A stretch of 62,287 nt of DNA, the filler included. It is 7 parts of 7 records of this genome, joined end to end, with 100 filler letters (N's around TTAATTAATTAA, not from the genome) between each part and the next. Parts side by side here need not be neighbours in the genome. Positions count along the whole stretch, not along the records: positions 25,871 to 32,002 come from SRR31156797_44646; positions 32,103 to 42,855 come from SRR31156797_44690; 5 more parts are not named here. The stretch is one strand, 5' to 3'. The position numbers were made by a program, and so were the translations under genes. Below are positions 28,901-39,114 of this stretch, piece after piece (within the stretch, counting starts at the first letter, position 1; each line of letters begins with the position of its first letter). Below the pieces are notes generated by a model. The model did not search any database. It worked only from the letters and a program-made list of their open reading frames with translations, and had not been told where the DNA came from.

Positions 28901-31059
28901 TAGTCCAAGCAAAAGAGTTAGCAGAGAGTGCTAATAAAGCAAAATCGGAGTTTTTATCCAATATGTCCCATGAGATAAGGACTCCTTTAAATGGAATTAT
29001 AGGTTTAACTGAACTTGTACTTCAAACACCAATTAATGAGATACAACAAGAGTATCTCACACGTTCAAAACAATCTTCTCAGGCACTCCTATATATTATC
29101 AATGATATATTAGATTATAGTAAAATTGAAGCAGGAAAACTTGATATATTAAATGAAGAGTTTGAACTTGAAAAGATTATGAATACAGTGAGTAGTTTAT
29201 TTGGATATAGCGCTTATGAGAAACATTTAGATTTTAGTTTTTATATGGATGATAGTATCCCTAAAGTGCTTATTGGGGATAATATTCGCTTAGTACAAAT
29301 TCTAAATAATCTTGTGGGAAATAGTATTAAATTTACACATTTAGGGTATGTGGCTTTAAAAGTACACTTAAGAGAAAAAAGTAATAAGATGGTTACTTTA
29401 GAGTTTTGTATCGAGGATTCTGGAATAGGGATATCTAAAGAGAATCAAAAAAAACTATTTCAGTCCTTTGAACAGCTTGATAGTTCCACTACAAAAAAAT
29501 ATGGTGGTACAGGTCTTGGACTGATGATCTCTAAACAACTTCTAAGTCTAATGGGTGGAAAAATATGGGTTGAGAGTGAAGAGAATAGAGGAAGTAGATT
29601 TTATTTTACTTTAACACTTGAATATAAAGAAGATTCACTTATTGATAGAACAAACAATGAGTTTTTTAAAGGGAAAAAGTTTTTAATAGTAGATGATTCA
29701 GCAGTTGATAGAGAGCATCTTGGAAAATTACTTACAGGTTGGGATATACAATTTGAAGCAGTCGATAATGTAAAAGAGGCTGTAAAGCTTCTTGAAGAGA
29801 AACATTTTGATCTTTTATTATTAGATTGGTATATCCCTAATATGGATAGTTTAGCATTATTGGATATCTTATTAGAAAAAAATATAGAGATTGAAACTAT
29901 AATGATGGTTGCAAGTTATGGGAAAAAACACTTTTTAGATAGAGCAAAATCACAAGGAAAAGTTATAAATAAGGTTCTTGAAAAGCCATACACCCCATCA
30001 TCTTTATTTAATCTATTGCTTGGAAAAGATATTGATTTTAAAGAGGATTCTAAGAGTGCCCAAAGTTCAATGGTTTTATCACAGGAGAAAAAGGCTCTTT
30101 TAGTTGAAGATAATGAAACAAATCAGATCATAGCTTCAAAGATGCTCCAAAACTATGGATTTAAAATAAAGCTTGCTTCAGATGGTTTTGATGCTTTGGC
30201 ACTTTTAAAAGAATATAGTTTTGATGTGGTATTTATGGATATACAAATGCCTAATATGGATGGCTTTGAAGCGACAAGAAAAATAAGAGAGTTTGATCAA
30301 AAGACTCCTATTATTGCACTAAGTGCAGCAGTGATGAAAGAGGATAAGGAGTTAGCAAAAAAGGCTGGGATGAATGCTCATATTGCAAAACCTATTATCA
30401 AAAATGAGATTGAAGCAGTTATTGATCAGTTTTTTGATACAAAATATGTAGATCAAACGCTCAACAAAGTAGATCTAAAAGAGATAGTAGATATTTATGG
30501 AATAGAGTATAAGAGATTATTAGAATCAGTTTCTTTAGATAAAACACTTGTAAACTCTCTTTTAAAAAAATATTATGATCGATATAAAAAAGAAAACATC
30601 CAATTAGAGCAACTGGATATACAAAGTGAAGAGTTAAGTAAAATGATCCATAAACTAAAAGGGGTCAGTGGAAATATAAAAGCAGAGAAAATCTATACAC
30701 TTTGTTCTCAGTTTGAAAGTGCAACAAATGAGGAAAAAGTAGTTTTTCTTCAACAAATTATAGCAGAGTTAGGTCTTGTGACAAGTTCAATAAAAGAGAA
30801 TATCATCGACTCTTTAGATGAAAAAAAAGTTCAAACTATTTTAAATAGATCACAATTAATTGAAAAGCTCAAACAGTTAATAAATGATCTTATAGAGGAT
30901 AGTTTTATCCAAAATGAAAGGGTTGAAGAGATTATTAGTTCACTTCAAAATCAAGTTGAAAATGATACAATCCTAAGAGTAAAAGAGTATTTCTCAAATT
31001 ATGAATATGATAAACTAATAGAACTTTTAAAAACTATTCAAGGAGATCTCGATGGATAG
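25999..31059 (+). CDS. hybrid sensor kinase: NMT1/THI5-like SBP + family-3 SBP, TM, 3 PAS, HisKA, HATPase, 2 REC, HPt
   Basis: LQLKWKHQFQFAGFY; HPEDR PAS; NMSHEIRTP; GGTGLGL; DIQMP; HKLKG. Confidence 0.93.
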   Translation: MRQILLISFLVVNILSCSYAKEVILQLKWKHQFQFAGFYMAKEKGLYQKKGIDVSIKELGDYDPVDSVLEQKAQFGVDDSVLIHERMLGKSVVGLFPIYQRSPLILMGIKKDQKKSTLENKIVEIPSYSLSSITIKAMFKLTNTSYQAKPPTFKLDDLLAKKTDYISSYISNEPYKLKKLGIDPILYSPYDYGIDFYGDMLYTSKKLLDTDPKLVEEFLDASKKGWLYAFEHIDETIKVILEKYNTQNKEKEALAYEANELKKLANLDNFGEFSLAKVQNIATSYVYLSPQKYDLNNLEGFIYKKNNSFTLKEEEKEFLKKNNSFTICSRYNHYPLSREINGKLDGIAKDIFEKLADELQISFKVLPIKSDDSFMKKIRENQCDFVSLIKEGATQLPNIKTSKKIFSTTFVAIGNLQSIFIDNFSKAKGKTFYIKDKAHLFVLKSFYPNLNIKLNKNVDEIMKTVLEDHNSYYLNNKILIEHTLQKYGFETLKLSGIVEKVHANAAIGINVKYPELFPIINKVIDNFDEKYMDKVIDKYVIKEFRVVENYKYFWYLMVVFILIVVFIYVRYRVIVFKNQEIATLNRSLTEYSAQLNEAQTVAKVGSWKLYIVGNHLEWSDEIFNIFEIDKQRFDASYEAFLNRVHPEDREKLNLAYKQSLQDQQPYDIVHRLLMDDGRIKWVHEKCKTTFDEEGHPLISVGTVQDITTEKVLEQQIEMEKDFISTIIDSANAIIAVIDSDGRMIKINKYGQEFTGYSEAEISSEAYFWSRFLPPMMQNKVLDIIEKAKQGEIIKFFKNGWISKDGRERIFEWSNTLVQKKDGSMDYIATIGIDITDKEEIQNQIIKERKKYKNLMNLSSDAIFIMDIHTGKLIEYSIRVAELLGYSDEELKNISVLDWDTQINDLSEYQSISLNIWYEPIYFERVHKRKDGSFYNAAITAVKIKLLDEEYLYASVRDITAEIKLKEELVQAKELAESANKAKSEFLSNMSHEIRTPLNGIIGLTELVLQTPINEIQQEYLTRSKQSSQALLYIINDILDYSKIEAGKLDILNEEFELEKIMNTVSSLFGYSAYEKHLDFSFYMDDSIPKVLIGDNIRLVQILNNLVGNSIKFTHLGYVALKVHLREKSNKMVTLEFCIEDSGIGISKENQKKLFQSFEQLDSSTTKKYGGTGLGLMISKQLLSLMGGKIWVESEENRGSRFYFTLTLEYKEDSLIDRTNNEFFKGKKFLIVDDSAVDREHLGKLLTGWDIQFEAVDNVKEAVKLLEEKHFDLLLLDWYIPNMDSLALLDILLEKNIEIETIMMVASYGKKHFLDRAKSQGKVINKVLEKPYTPSSLFNLLLGKDIDFKEDSKSAQSSMVLSQEKKALLVEDNETNQIIASKMLQNYGFKIKLASDGFDALALLKEYSFDVVFMDIQMPNMDGFEATRKIREFDQKTPIIALSAAVMKEDKELAKKAGMNAHIAKPIIKNEIEAVIDQFFDTKYVDQTLNKVDLKEIVDIYGIEYKRLLESVSLDKTLVNSLLKKYYDRYKKENIQLEQLDIQSEELSKMIHKLKGVSGNIKAEKIYTLCSQFESATNEEKVVFLQQIIAELGLVTSSIKENIIDSLDEKKVQTILNRSQLIEKLKQLINDLIEDSFIQNERVEEIISSLQNQVENDTILRVKEYFSNYEYDKLIELLKTIQGDLDG

Positions 31060-32002
31060 AGCGAATATACTCATTGTAGATGATGAAACTATCAATATAG
31101 ATCTCATAGCCAAAGTTTTAAGTAATCTGTATACTTTAAAAATAGCCACAAGTGGGAAAAAAGCTGTAGAGATTATTCAGAAAAATAAACCAGACTTGAT
31201 CCTCTTAGATATACAGATGCCAGATATGGATGGGTTTGAGGTGGCAAAAAAGTTAAAAATGGATGAGAATACATTAGATATCCCTTTTATTTTTTTAACA
31301 GGAGCAAAACAGAGTGATGATATTGTAAAAGGTTTTGATCTTGGAGCAGTCGATTATATCACCAAACCTTTTAATAAGTTAGAACTTTTAGTGCGTGTAA
31401 GAAACCATATAAAAACATATTTTTTACAAAGAGAGTTAAAAAAACAGCAACAATTTACACAAACTATTCTTGATACACAACCCAACTTGATCTTGATCAC
31501 TGATAAAAATAAATCATTATTTGCCAATAGCTCTTTATTGAACTTTTTTGCTTGTACTACTTTAGGAGAGTTTCAAGAGAAGTATCATTGTATTTGTAAT
31601 ACTTTTTTACACAATGATATTTATTTTCACCTAGGGAAGGTTCCTAAAGATATTCATTGGATAGAACATCTTCTTGTTCTTGAAGCAGAAAAAAAGATTG
31701 TATCAATAGTTTGTCAACAAAATTTTGCCATAAAAGCCTTTAATGTGGCAGTGACAAAATATGAAGAGAATAAGTTTATTATTACCCTCACAGATATTAG
31801 TGCTACCATTTTAAAGCAGATTCAACTTGAAGAAAAAACTATCCACGATAAGCTTACAAGTGCATATAATAGAGAATATTTTGATATCAACTATAACATT
31901 TTTTTACAAGAGATAAAAAATGAGCAATATTATCTAGGAATAGCTATTATTGATATTGATCATTTTAAAAATGTCAATGATACTTTTGGACATGATATTG
32001 GA
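31052..32002 (+). CDS. response regulator with C-terminal GGDEF domain, 3' truncated
   Basis: REC (VDDE, LLDIQMP, TKPF); DKLTSAYNR, DIDHFKNVNDTFGHD start of GGDEF. Confidence 0.9.
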
Positions 32003-32102
32003 NNNNNNNNNNNNNNNNNNNNNNNNNNNNNNNNNNNNNNNNNNNNTTAATTAATTAANNNNNNNNNNNNNNNNNNNNNNNNNNNNNNNNNNNNNNNNNN
32101 NN
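32003..32102. other. artificial contig linker
   Basis: N44-TTAATTAATTAA-N44. Confidence 0.98.
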
Positions 32103-32103
32103 T

Positions 32104-32268
32104 GTTTTTGCCAGCCTTATTACCGGAACAATTTCGGCTGTGGTTTGGAAAACCTGGCTGCTTGAACCAACCGGTATTTCCGAACGTTTAGCTAGTTACC
32201 TTCTTGCTTTTTGTATGGCGGTTATTTTTAGTTTAATATTTCCTGAAAAAAATAAAAATGAAATATGA
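32104..32268 (+). CDS. C-terminal fragment of a membrane transporter (sodium:solute symporter-like)
   Basis: Open frame VFASLITGTISAVVWKTW…FSLIFPEKNKNEI* with two TM segments; overlaps the next start. Confidence 0.5.
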   Translation, partial: VFASLITGTISAVVWKTWLLEPTGISERLASYLLAFCMAVIFSLIFPEKNKNEI

Positions 32269-32602
32269 TGTAAATACCATTGATGAATATTTAAATGCTG
32301 TTCCGGCTGGGCGCAAAAAAATAATTCAAAGTGTAATTAATGTAATACATGAATACTTTCCTGAAGTAGAAGGAAATATGGAGTACAACATGCCAACATT
32401 CAATCCGGTTTGTGCAATTGCTTCACAAAAAAACTATATTTCAGTTTATATTCATCATTTCAATTTAGTTGAAAAATACCGTAATGAACTGGGTAATTTA
32501 AAAGTAGGTAAAAGTTGTATCCGGTTTAAAAAGTCACAAGACTTTCCAGAGAAAACAATTCGAAAAATTTTTAAGGAGATACGTGATTCGAATTCGTTTT
32601 AA
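32258..32602 (+). CDS. DUF1801 (YdhG-like) protein
   Basis: TIDEYL, YNMPT, ASQKNYIS, GKSCIRF. Confidence 0.8.
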   Translation: MKYDVNTIDEYLNAVPAGRKKIIQSVINVIHEYFPEVEGNMEYNMPTFNPVCAIASQKNYISVYIHHFNLVEKYRNELGNLKVGKSCIRFKKSQDFPEKTIRKIFKEIRDSNSF

Positions 32603-32694
32603 CATTAATTAAATGTATTGATGCGTTCATAATTACAGAATCACATTGAAGGCGAAAATAATATATTATATTCGTAAACTTTTATAAAAACAGC

Positions 32695-33489
32695 ATGCAA
32701 AACATCAATAAAACAATTTGGATTACCGGTGCTTCTTCTGGAATTGGAAAAGCAGTAGCTATAGAATTATCGGCTGAAGAAAACCACCTGGTTCTTTCTG
32801 ATATTGATGAAAAGGGACTTTTGGAAGTTGCTGAATTATGTAATAAAAAAGGCTCGTCAACTTCAATTGTCCCAATAGATTTAGGCGATGAAAAATCGGT
32901 TGAATCGGCTGCAAAAATGGTGTTGGATAAAAATATAAAAGTTGATTGTCTTTATCAGTTTGCCGGAATTAGTCAACGTTCAATTGTTAGTGAAACTCCA
33001 TTATTTGTTGATCGTAAAATCTTTGAAATCAACTTTTTTGGTGCTGTGTCACTAACAAAAGCAATTTTACCACAAATGATAAAAAATGGCGGTGGGCAGC
33101 TTGCAGTTACATCGAGTATTGTAGGTAAATTTGGTTTTCCTTACCGTTCATCGTACTCGGCAACAAAACATGCGCTGCATGGATTTTTCGAAAGTTTACG
33201 TGCCGAAAATAAAAGCAACAACATTCAGGTTTCAATTATTATACCCGGCCGTGTCCAAACCAATATTTCGGTAAATGCGATAAAAAAAGATGGTACTTCT
33301 CACGGACAAATGGACGATGGACAGGACTCCGGAATACTGGCAGACAAAGCAGCAAAAATAATCTGCCGCAATTTAAAAAAGAACAAAAAAGAAATTTTAG
33401 TAGGTAGTAAGGAACTAATGATGGTTCATATTCGTAGGTTTTTACCGAGACTTTATTATTACATGTCTACGCGGGTTAAACCCATGTAG
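32695..33489 (+). CDS. short-chain dehydrogenase/reductase
   Basis: ITGASSGIG; catalytic YSATK. Confidence 0.93.
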   Translation: MQNINKTIWITGASSGIGKAVAIELSAEENHLVLSDIDEKGLLEVAELCNKKGSSTSIVPIDLGDEKSVESAAKMVLDKNIKVDCLYQFAGISQRSIVSETPLFVDRKIFEINFFGAVSLTKAILPQMIKNGGGQLAVTSSIVGKFGFPYRSSYSATKHALHGFFESLRAENKSNNIQVSIIIPGRVQTNISVNAIKKDGTSHGQMDDGQDSGILADKAAKIICRNLKKNKKEILVGSKELMMVHIRRFLPRLYYYMSTRVKPM

Positions 33490-33509
33490 ATCTTATTTTT
33501 TGAATCAAT

Positions 33510-34580
33510 ATGGAAGCACAAATTAATGGAATTCAACAATTAGGTGTAGGTGTAGAAGATGTTCATGAAGCCTGGAAATGGTATCGCGAGCATTTTTCTA
33601 TGGATATAAGAATGTTTGAAGATGAAGCCGTTGCCGAGCTAATGTTGGCACATACCGATGGCCAGCCGCGTGCACGGCATGCTGTACTTGCTTTAAATAT
33701 GCGGGGTGGCGGAGGTTTTGAAATTTGGCAGCACAAAGGTAAAAAACCCGAACCGGCAAATTTTGAAATTCAATTGGGCGACCTGGGAATAAATATTGGA
33801 AAAATAAAAACCGACAATGTTGAATCGGCATACAAAAAGTTCAAAAAATCTGGTCTGAACCTATTAACCAAAGTTAAAAAGGATCCGATTGGTAACGATC
33901 ATTTCTACATGAAAGACATTTATGGAAACATGTGGGAAATTAAAAATCAAAAAGAGGTTTTCAGAAAAAAAGAAAAATCGGTTAGCGGCGGAGTTTTAGG
34001 CACTGTAATTGGCGTAAAAAATATGGAAGAAAGCCTGAAAGTTTATCAGGATATTCTTCAGTACGACAAAATTGTTTACGATAAAACAGATAATTTTGAT
34101 GATTTACTGGGAATACCCGGTGGAGATAAAAAATTCAGGAGAGTTTTATTGAGGCATTCCGAACAAAAAAGTGGCGCTTTTAGTCCGTTTTTCGGACAGT
34201 CGGTTATTGAGTTGGTACAGGTTCTCGACAGAGATAATCCAAAAGACATTTATGAAGGCAGAATTTGGGGCGACCCCGGATTTATTCACCTTTGTTTCGA
34301 TATCAACGGAATGGACATTTTCAGAGAAAAAGCAAAAACACTGGGACATCCGTTTACTGTAGACAGTGCAAAGGCGCTGGAATCGTTCGATATGGGCGAG
34401 GCAGCCGGAAACTTTGCATACATTCAGGCTCCCGAAGGAACCTTAATAGAGTTTGTGGAAACACACCGTATTCCACTGTTAAAGAAACTTGGGTGGTACC
34501 TCGATTTCCGGAAACGCGGCGATCATCCGTTGCCCAACTGGATGTTGAAATTATTCCGTTTTAAACGGGTAAAAAAATAA
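33510..34580 (+). CDS. VOC/glyoxalase family protein
   Basis: IQQLGVGV, HLCFD, APEGTLIEFVE repeated VOC modules. Confidence 0.8.
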   Translation: MEAQINGIQQLGVGVEDVHEAWKWYREHFSMDIRMFEDEAVAELMLAHTDGQPRARHAVLALNMRGGGGFEIWQHKGKKPEPANFEIQLGDLGINIGKIKTDNVESAYKKFKKSGLNLLTKVKKDPIGNDHFYMKDIYGNMWEIKNQKEVFRKKEKSVSGGVLGTVIGVKNMEESLKVYQDILQYDKIVYDKTDNFDDLLGIPGGDKKFRRVLLRHSEQKSGAFSPFFGQSVIELVQVLDRDNPKDIYEGRIWGDPGFIHLCFDINGMDIFREKAKTLGHPFTVDSAKALESFDMGEAAGNFAYIQAPEGTLIEFVETHRIPLLKKLGWYLDFRKRGDHPLPNWMLKLFRFKRVKK

Positions 34581-34581
34581 A

Positions 34582-34608
34582 AAACCCGGAATTTTTAATT
34601 CCGGGTTT
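34582..34608. terminator. bidirectional rho-independent terminator
   Basis: AAACCCGGAATT-TTT-AATTCCGGGTTT between convergent genes. Confidence 0.85.
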
Positions 34609-34648
34609 AACCTATATTTACTTGCAGGTTTCCCTGCCTTATTTGCTT

Positions 34649-35503
34649 TTAATTTGTTACAGTCATTTGCAGATTTTGTTCTGTAATCGAGCCTGCTTCA
34701 ACCTGAATGTTATCAACCCTTAGGGTATCATAATTTTCATGAATACATTCCATTGAATAACTGCCTACGGGTAATCCAATCATTGCATAATAACCGTCTT
34801 CTTCTGAAAAGGCTGATGTGATAGTATCGTTTCCATGAAATAAAGTAACAAAAGCATCTTTAATTGCTCCATCAGTTTCATTAGACACAATACCTGCAAT
34901 ATCGCCGGTTTCAGTTAAATTTACAACACGAACAACCGGATTAAAATGAAATCCTTTCAGGCCATGTTTGTTGTTTGCATTTCCTATTGTTTTAAAAGAA
35001 CGGCTTACATCAAAATCGATTAAAACTTCACCGTTTATTTCGTTTACAAGCATTAACGAGGGTTTAATTTTAATTTTTAATCCGCTTTTACTGCCACTCG
35101 GAACATCCAATTCATAATACGTAGAGTCTGTTAGTTTAATACTTGCCTCAATTATTCGTAATCTCATTTCACTGTAAGTCCCGGTTGGAATATCTGCCTG
35201 GGCGAGAATTTCAGTAACACCGTTACTTAATTCCAATAGATTAAATGGCCGTGTTTCTTCCGAAATCGAAATAAATGCAGAAGAATCGTTAGGAATTCCA
35301 TCACCCGATTTTTTAAGTTCTACCCTGTCGATAGTTACATTTGCTTCTGCTACCAATTCAGAAGGAAAAGGCGCATCTGTGATTTTTACCGTTAGCAAAC
35401 CCGACTTTTCTTCGTTGGCCATTTCGTCGGTTGCAATTTGCTCACATCCAAAAAGAAAGGCTGCAAACAGTATCAAACAAAATCCCAATAAATTTAATTT
35501 CAT
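34649..35503 (-). CDS. DUF4382 lipoprotein with C-terminal carboxypeptidase-regulatory-like domain
   Basis: Lipobox LFGC; ITDAP, FNLLELSNG, VPSG, DFDVSRSF, PVVR. Confidence 0.82.
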   Translation of the reverse strand: MKLNLLGFCLILFAAFLFGCEQIATDEMANEEKSGLLTVKITDAPFPSELVAEANVTIDRVELKKSGDGIPNDSSAFISISEETRPFNLLELSNGVTEILAQADIPTGTYSEMRLRIIEASIKLTDSTYYELDVPSGSKSGLKIKIKPSLMLVNEINGEVLIDFDVSRSFKTIGNANNKHGLKGFHFNPVVRVVNLTETGDIAGIVSNETDGAIKDAFVTLFHGNDTITSAFSEEDGYYAMIGLPVGSYSMECIHENYDTLRVDNIQVEAGSITEQNLQMTVTN

Positions 35504-35510
35504 GATAATT

Positions 35511-36356
35511 CTATTTATAGATTAATATTTTATTGTTTTCTATGTGTTTATATTGAAGTTGCATTGACGCACAAAGAATATCAAGCGCTCCGTCGAGTTT
35601 ACCGGTTTGAATGGTTCCTGTAAAATTTCTTTCTGCTCCATTTTTTATTTCTATTTCAACTCCAAAAAAAGTTTCCAATTCAGCTGTCACATTTGCCATA
35701 CCAGTGTTTGGAAATCGTTTATTAAACCGGGCAAATTCGGGATATTCAATTTTCATTTCAACAGTTTCTTTTACTGCGGAATTTGAATTTCCGGAAAAAC
35801 GGGTACCCGGAACAAGTATAACGGAATTATTACTAATACTTGCTTTTACACTGCCTTCGAAACACTGTACGTTTAAACTGTCTTCCATTTCAGAAACCAA
35901 AAAACGGGTACCTAAAACTTCTACTTCTCCCAATTCTGTAATTACCCGGAAGTCATCTCCTTTTTCCACTTCGAAATATGCCGAACCCTTTAAACTAACG
36001 TTCCGGTTCCAAAAATATTTACGAATACTAATTTCACTGTTATCCTGAAGAACTACCCTGGAATTATCGGGTAACCGAAATGCAAGATTATTTCCGTTTT
36101 CGCCCAAAAAGGAAACGGATGCTGTTAATACATAAACTGCTACAATTAAAGCAATTGAAGCAGCAGCAGCAATTCCAGCGAGTGGTATTAAGGAAATTTT
36201 ACGTGTAGTTTTATATTTTGATTTTTCTTCTTTTCTGATTTTTTCAAAAATAGTGTTCAGGACTATTTCCTTTTCAGAACTATATGGAATCTGATAATAC
36301 CGAACCAACTGATCGGTCTTTTCCTGAATTGATTGATTATTCTTAAAACTTGTCAT
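35511..36356 (-). CDS. FecR family anti-sigma factor
   Basis: TM helix; LPDNSRV, GSAYFEV, VEVLGTRF. Confidence 0.85.
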   Translation of the reverse strand: MTSFKNNQSIQEKTDQLVRYYQIPYSSEKEIVLNTIFEKIRKEEKSKYKTTRKISLIPLAGIAAAASIALIVAVYVLTASVSFLGENGNNLAFRLPDNSRVVLQDNSEISIRKYFWNRNVSLKGSAYFEVEKGDDFRVITELGEVEVLGTRFLVSEMEDSLNVQCFEGSVKASISNNSVILVPGTRFSGNSNSAVKETVEMKIEYPEFARFNKRFPNTGMANVTAELETFFGVEIEIKNGAERNFTGTIQTGKLDGALDILCASMQLQYKHIENNKILIYK

Positions 36357-36438
36357 TTAAAGGATGCCTGAACACTATTACTTATTAATCCATGTTCAAT
36401 ATCCATAAACAACGAATTACCCTACTTAAAAAGATTTT

Positions 36439-39114
36439 TTACTGAATTTTTATATTCATAAAAAATACCGGGGTAAAAGAAAGTGCAGAAACATCAGAAC
36501 GCACGGTTAAAGTTCCATTATCGGAAGAAAAGCGTAAATAATCCACTTCAACAATATTTTTACGATCCAGCACATTTAGCAGCGATACTCCGCCTTCAAC
36601 AATAAAATGAGGAGTATATATTTTTTTTGCCAGTGCAAAATCGAGCTGAGAAAAATAATCGGAACGCTCAAGATTTTGCAATGTATTATCATCCGACAGG
36701 TTTACAACGGGTAATCCGGTTCCGAAATTCCAGCTTCCCGTTAAACTCCAGTTTTTCCAGCTAACCATTTCAGTAATTTTTAACCTGTGCAACCGATCGT
36801 TATATCCTGGAAACCATTTATTGTTCAACACACCTTCTATTTTTTCTTCCGTTTTCGACAATGAATAGCCTGCCATGTGGTTAAACCATCCGTGTTTTTT
36901 CTGAATGAACAAATCTACTCCACTCCCCTTTTCTTCACTGGCTTTTGAGAAATACACAATACTTGTGTTTGCACCTGTAGTAATTGGTTCGGCGAATAAA
37001 TTCATTTTCCCGGAAGTATTTTTTAAATACCCCTCCGCATTAATCAGCCAGCCATTTTTTTCAAATTTAGCTCCCAAAACATGATGAGTCGATTTTACAA
37101 CACCCAGTTCATTTTCGTCGGGTAAAACCCACACCGGATTAAAATGACCTTCACTGTCGATTCGTTTTACGCTGGATAAAAACTGGTGATATACTCCGGT
37201 TAAATAATGAAATTTTATTGCTGCAACCGGACTGAATTCAATGCCTGCTCTGGGTTCCCAATACATTTTTCGGGTGGTTAAATCAAAATTGGTTCGAATT
37301 CCCCACCGAATTTTTAACGGATCGGTAAGCTGAATATGTTGTTGTAAAAAACCATTTAACAAATATTGAGTGGCACTGTTCACAATCGAATCAATTGGGT
37401 ATTCAGCCACTGTTCGGTTGGCAAAATAATCATACAAAAAAGTGTTGGCAGTCCAGCCTATTCCACCCTGGTTCCTGAAAATTCCGGTTTTATATTCTGT
37501 TTTCCAGGCCACACGGTATTCTTCAATATTATTTGTTCCATTATCGATATCGTAAACCAAACGAGTATACGTTTTTTCCTTTGTTTTAGCCAACCCTTTG
37601 CCTTTTCCTTTGCCTTTTCCCGGGTTTTCAATAACTTCAGTTACTTCCTCTAATTCACCCGTTTCGTCTATTATTTTTTTGTTTAATTTTGAATAGCCTG
37701 CAGTAAACGATTGATACCAGTTATTAGTAATCTGCCAGTTCCAGTTAAAGCTAAATCCAAGGTTTTCGCTTTTCATTAATTCATTTCTGTAATATTCACT
37801 GGTTTGTAAGATTTCGTAATCGCGACTTTGATGGTCGTTTCCATACAACAGGTTTACATTAAATTCCAGTTTGTCGGATGGGTGAAAACTGATTTTAGCA
37901 TTTACATCCTGATATTTAATTTCAGGATAAATGGTTGAAGTTATTGTATTCTCTGATGAATTTTCGCCATTTATATCGTCGATAAGCCGCAAATAAAGGT
38001 AGTTATGCCATTGGTCTATAAACGAACGTCGCCAGGCCGCAGTAACCGAAACCTTTTCTGTAATTGGAAGATTGGCCAGTACATTTGTATTCAGTAAATT
38101 GGCCGAAACATCGAGGTAAGGTTTATTATTTTTTCCCGACTTCCCGGTTAATTCAACCAATCCGGCAACGCGACCACCAAACTCGGCATCGAAACCACCG
38201 CGGGAAATAAAAGACTGTTGCACAAATTTTGAATTTAACACACTCATGTTTCCCAATAAGTGGCTGGTTTCTAAAACAGGAATTCCATCGAAAAGCACCA
38301 AATTATCGGTTGGTGTACTTCCTCTGATTGACAGTCCGGCAGAACTTCCCTGTAGAAAATTTACTCCCGGAATAAGCAACAGTGCATTTACCATATCATC
38401 GCTTGAAATACGGGGAACTGCAGTAGATTTTACCGGGTTAAAACCTATTTTTTCAGGTTGAGGTACCGCTTCAAGTACTCTTTTTTCAAACCGGGTAACA
38501 TTTATAGCTTCCATTACAACTTCAGCGGGATTCAAAAAAATAGTGGCTGTATTTTGTGTTGAAATCAACGTATCCAGCCTTTTGTACCCCAAATGACTTA
38601 TTAAGATTCTAAGACTATCTGTTTCGGGCAATTGAAAACTAAAAAACCCAAGGTCGTTGGTCATGGCACCTTTCATTTCGCCGAAAACCACATTACAATA
38701 CAATAAATCCTCGCCGGTTAGTCTATCTTTTACATAACCACCAACAGTAATTATTTTTGGTTTGGGTGGTGCTTCCTTAACCGGAGGCGGTTGTGGCTCT
38801 TCTGCAATTTCCGGTTCCCGGATGATTAAAACCCAGGTTCCTTCTATTAACCGTGAATGAATAAAATATTCATTTTTTAAAAATTCCAGAAACTCATCTA
38901 AACTTTTATTTTCGATGGTAAAATGGCCAATAATATTTTGAAATGAATCGGAATCAAAACCAAATTTTATATTATAACCGGCAGAAATCTCTTCAAGAAC
39001 TGTATTTAACGATTTGCCATCAGCAGTATACGAAATGTTTTTCTGCTGAGCGCTAATCAACTGAAAAGCAAATAGAAATGTAAAAAGTAAAATATATTTA
39101 TTTAGAATTTTCAA
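36439..39114 (-). CDS. TonB-dependent receptor with N-terminal signalling extension
   Basis: Signal peptide; STN-like N-terminus; carboxypeptidase-like domain; plug LIPGV…SIRG…LFDGIP; barrel C-terminus. Confidence 0.85.
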   Translation of the reverse strand: MKILNKYILLFTFLFAFQLISAQQKNISYTADGKSLNTVLEEISAGYNIKFGFDSDSFQNIIGHFTIENKSLDEFLEFLKNEYFIHSRLIEGTWVLIIREPEIAEEPQPPPVKEAPPKPKIITVGGYVKDRLTGEDLLYCNVVFGEMKGAMTNDLGFFSFQLPETDSLRILISHLGYKRLDTLISTQNTATIFLNPAEVVMEAINVTRFEKRVLEAVPQPEKIGFNPVKSTAVPRISSDDMVNALLLIPGVNFLQGSSAGLSIRGSTPTDNLVLFDGIPVLETSHLLGNMSVLNSKFVQQSFISRGGFDAEFGGRVAGLVELTGKSGKNNKPYLDVSANLLNTNVLANLPITEKVSVTAAWRRSFIDQWHNYLYLRLIDDINGENSSENTITSTIYPEIKYQDVNAKISFHPSDKLEFNVNLLYGNDHQSRDYEILQTSEYYRNELMKSENLGFSFNWNWQITNNWYQSFTAGYSKLNKKIIDETGELEEVTEVIENPGKGKGKGKGLAKTKEKTYTRLVYDIDNGTNNIEEYRVAWKTEYKTGIFRNQGGIGWTANTFLYDYFANRTVAEYPIDSIVNSATQYLLNGFLQQHIQLTDPLKIRWGIRTNFDLTTRKMYWEPRAGIEFSPVAAIKFHYLTGVYHQFLSSVKRIDSEGHFNPVWVLPDENELGVVKSTHHVLGAKFEKNGWLINAEGYLKNTSGKMNLFAEPITTGANTSIVYFSKASEEKGSGVDLFIQKKHGWFNHMAGYSLSKTEEKIEGVLNNKWFPGYNDRLHRLKITEMVSWKNWSLTGSWNFGTGLPVVNLSDDNTLQNLERSDYFSQLDFALAKKIYTPHFIVEGGVSLLNVLDRKNIVEVDYLRFSSDNGTLTVRSDVSALSFTPVFFMNIKIQ

